Shown here piece by piece: positions 63,501 through 64,000 of a stretch of DNA of 64,000 nucleotides. Source of the DNA: Camelus ferus. Lineage: Eukaryota. A program made the position numbers and the translations under genes. The notes below the pieces were generated by a model. It saw nothing but the letters and a program-made list of their open reading frames with translations, was not told the DNA's origin and made no database searches. The number at the start of each line of letters is the position of its first letter. Position 1 is the stretch's first letter. The stretch is taken from the NCBI RefSeq assembly GCF_009834535.1, contig NC_045697.1, positions 74,340,001 to 74,404,000 on the forward strand, read 5' to 3'.

Positions 63501-64000
63501 GGATGTTTTGTTTTGTTTATTATTATTTGATAGTTTTGATGTTATTACCTTGAGCTTTTTGCATGCTGTTCCCACTACCTCCTCCTACTCCACTAGCTTG
63601 ATCTCATTCATCCTTCTGTTCCTGGATTTGACCTCCTGAGGGAAGCCCTTCCTAATCTCCCTGGAGTTAGGTATCTGTTATAGTATGTGCACCATCCAGA
63701 AGAGTTTTCTCCACCCTCCCAAAGTAACTCAGAGCACCCCTCTCCACCCCACTCCCCCATCCCACGCATCCCTCTCCCCCTCAAAAAAGCCCATATGATG
63801 AGTATGGAGGATAAAAAAAGAAACAACCTCACTGTTCTCCTTCGTTTGTCTCAGGCATGGAAATCTCCAGCTGTGATGGTTGTGGCCAGTCATAGATATG
63901 GGTGTTAATGATTGCTCTTGGATCATGATTTTTCTGTGTAAATCCTTGTCAAGACTCCTTCTCAGCTTGGGCAAATAAAAGGGATTGGATACAGCGAGCA

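Overview
AT-rich, repeat-dense mammalian genomic DNA, most likely a camelid (inferred from five copies of a tRNA-Ala(AGC)-derived SINE of the camelid Vic-1 type and a cetartiodactyl-type L1 3' end). It holds the 3' half of GSTCD on the + strand. Bases 1-36446 are the distal part of a very long phase-1 intron. Seven coding exons follow (36447-36562, 36723-36767, 38881-39009, 51948-52081, 54047-54077, 57394-57463, 60470-60606; probably exons 6-12 by analogy with human). They splice in frame through GT-AG junctions and encode the C-terminal seven-beta-strand SAM-dependent methyltransferase-like domain. A 3' UTR and an antisense L1 follow. The rest is mostly old transposon debris (L1, HAL1, L2, MIR, MaLR/ERVL, Tigger and hAT MITEs), some of it nested. 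Repeat subfamily names come from recalled consensus sequences, not a RepeatMasker run. I found no convincing novel multi-gene system. The best leads are splicing-level (an RS-exon-like junction, candidate poison/terminal exons, inverted SINEs flanking exons), a candidate antisense exon, and several local duplications. Almost all ORFs in the supplied track are spurious.
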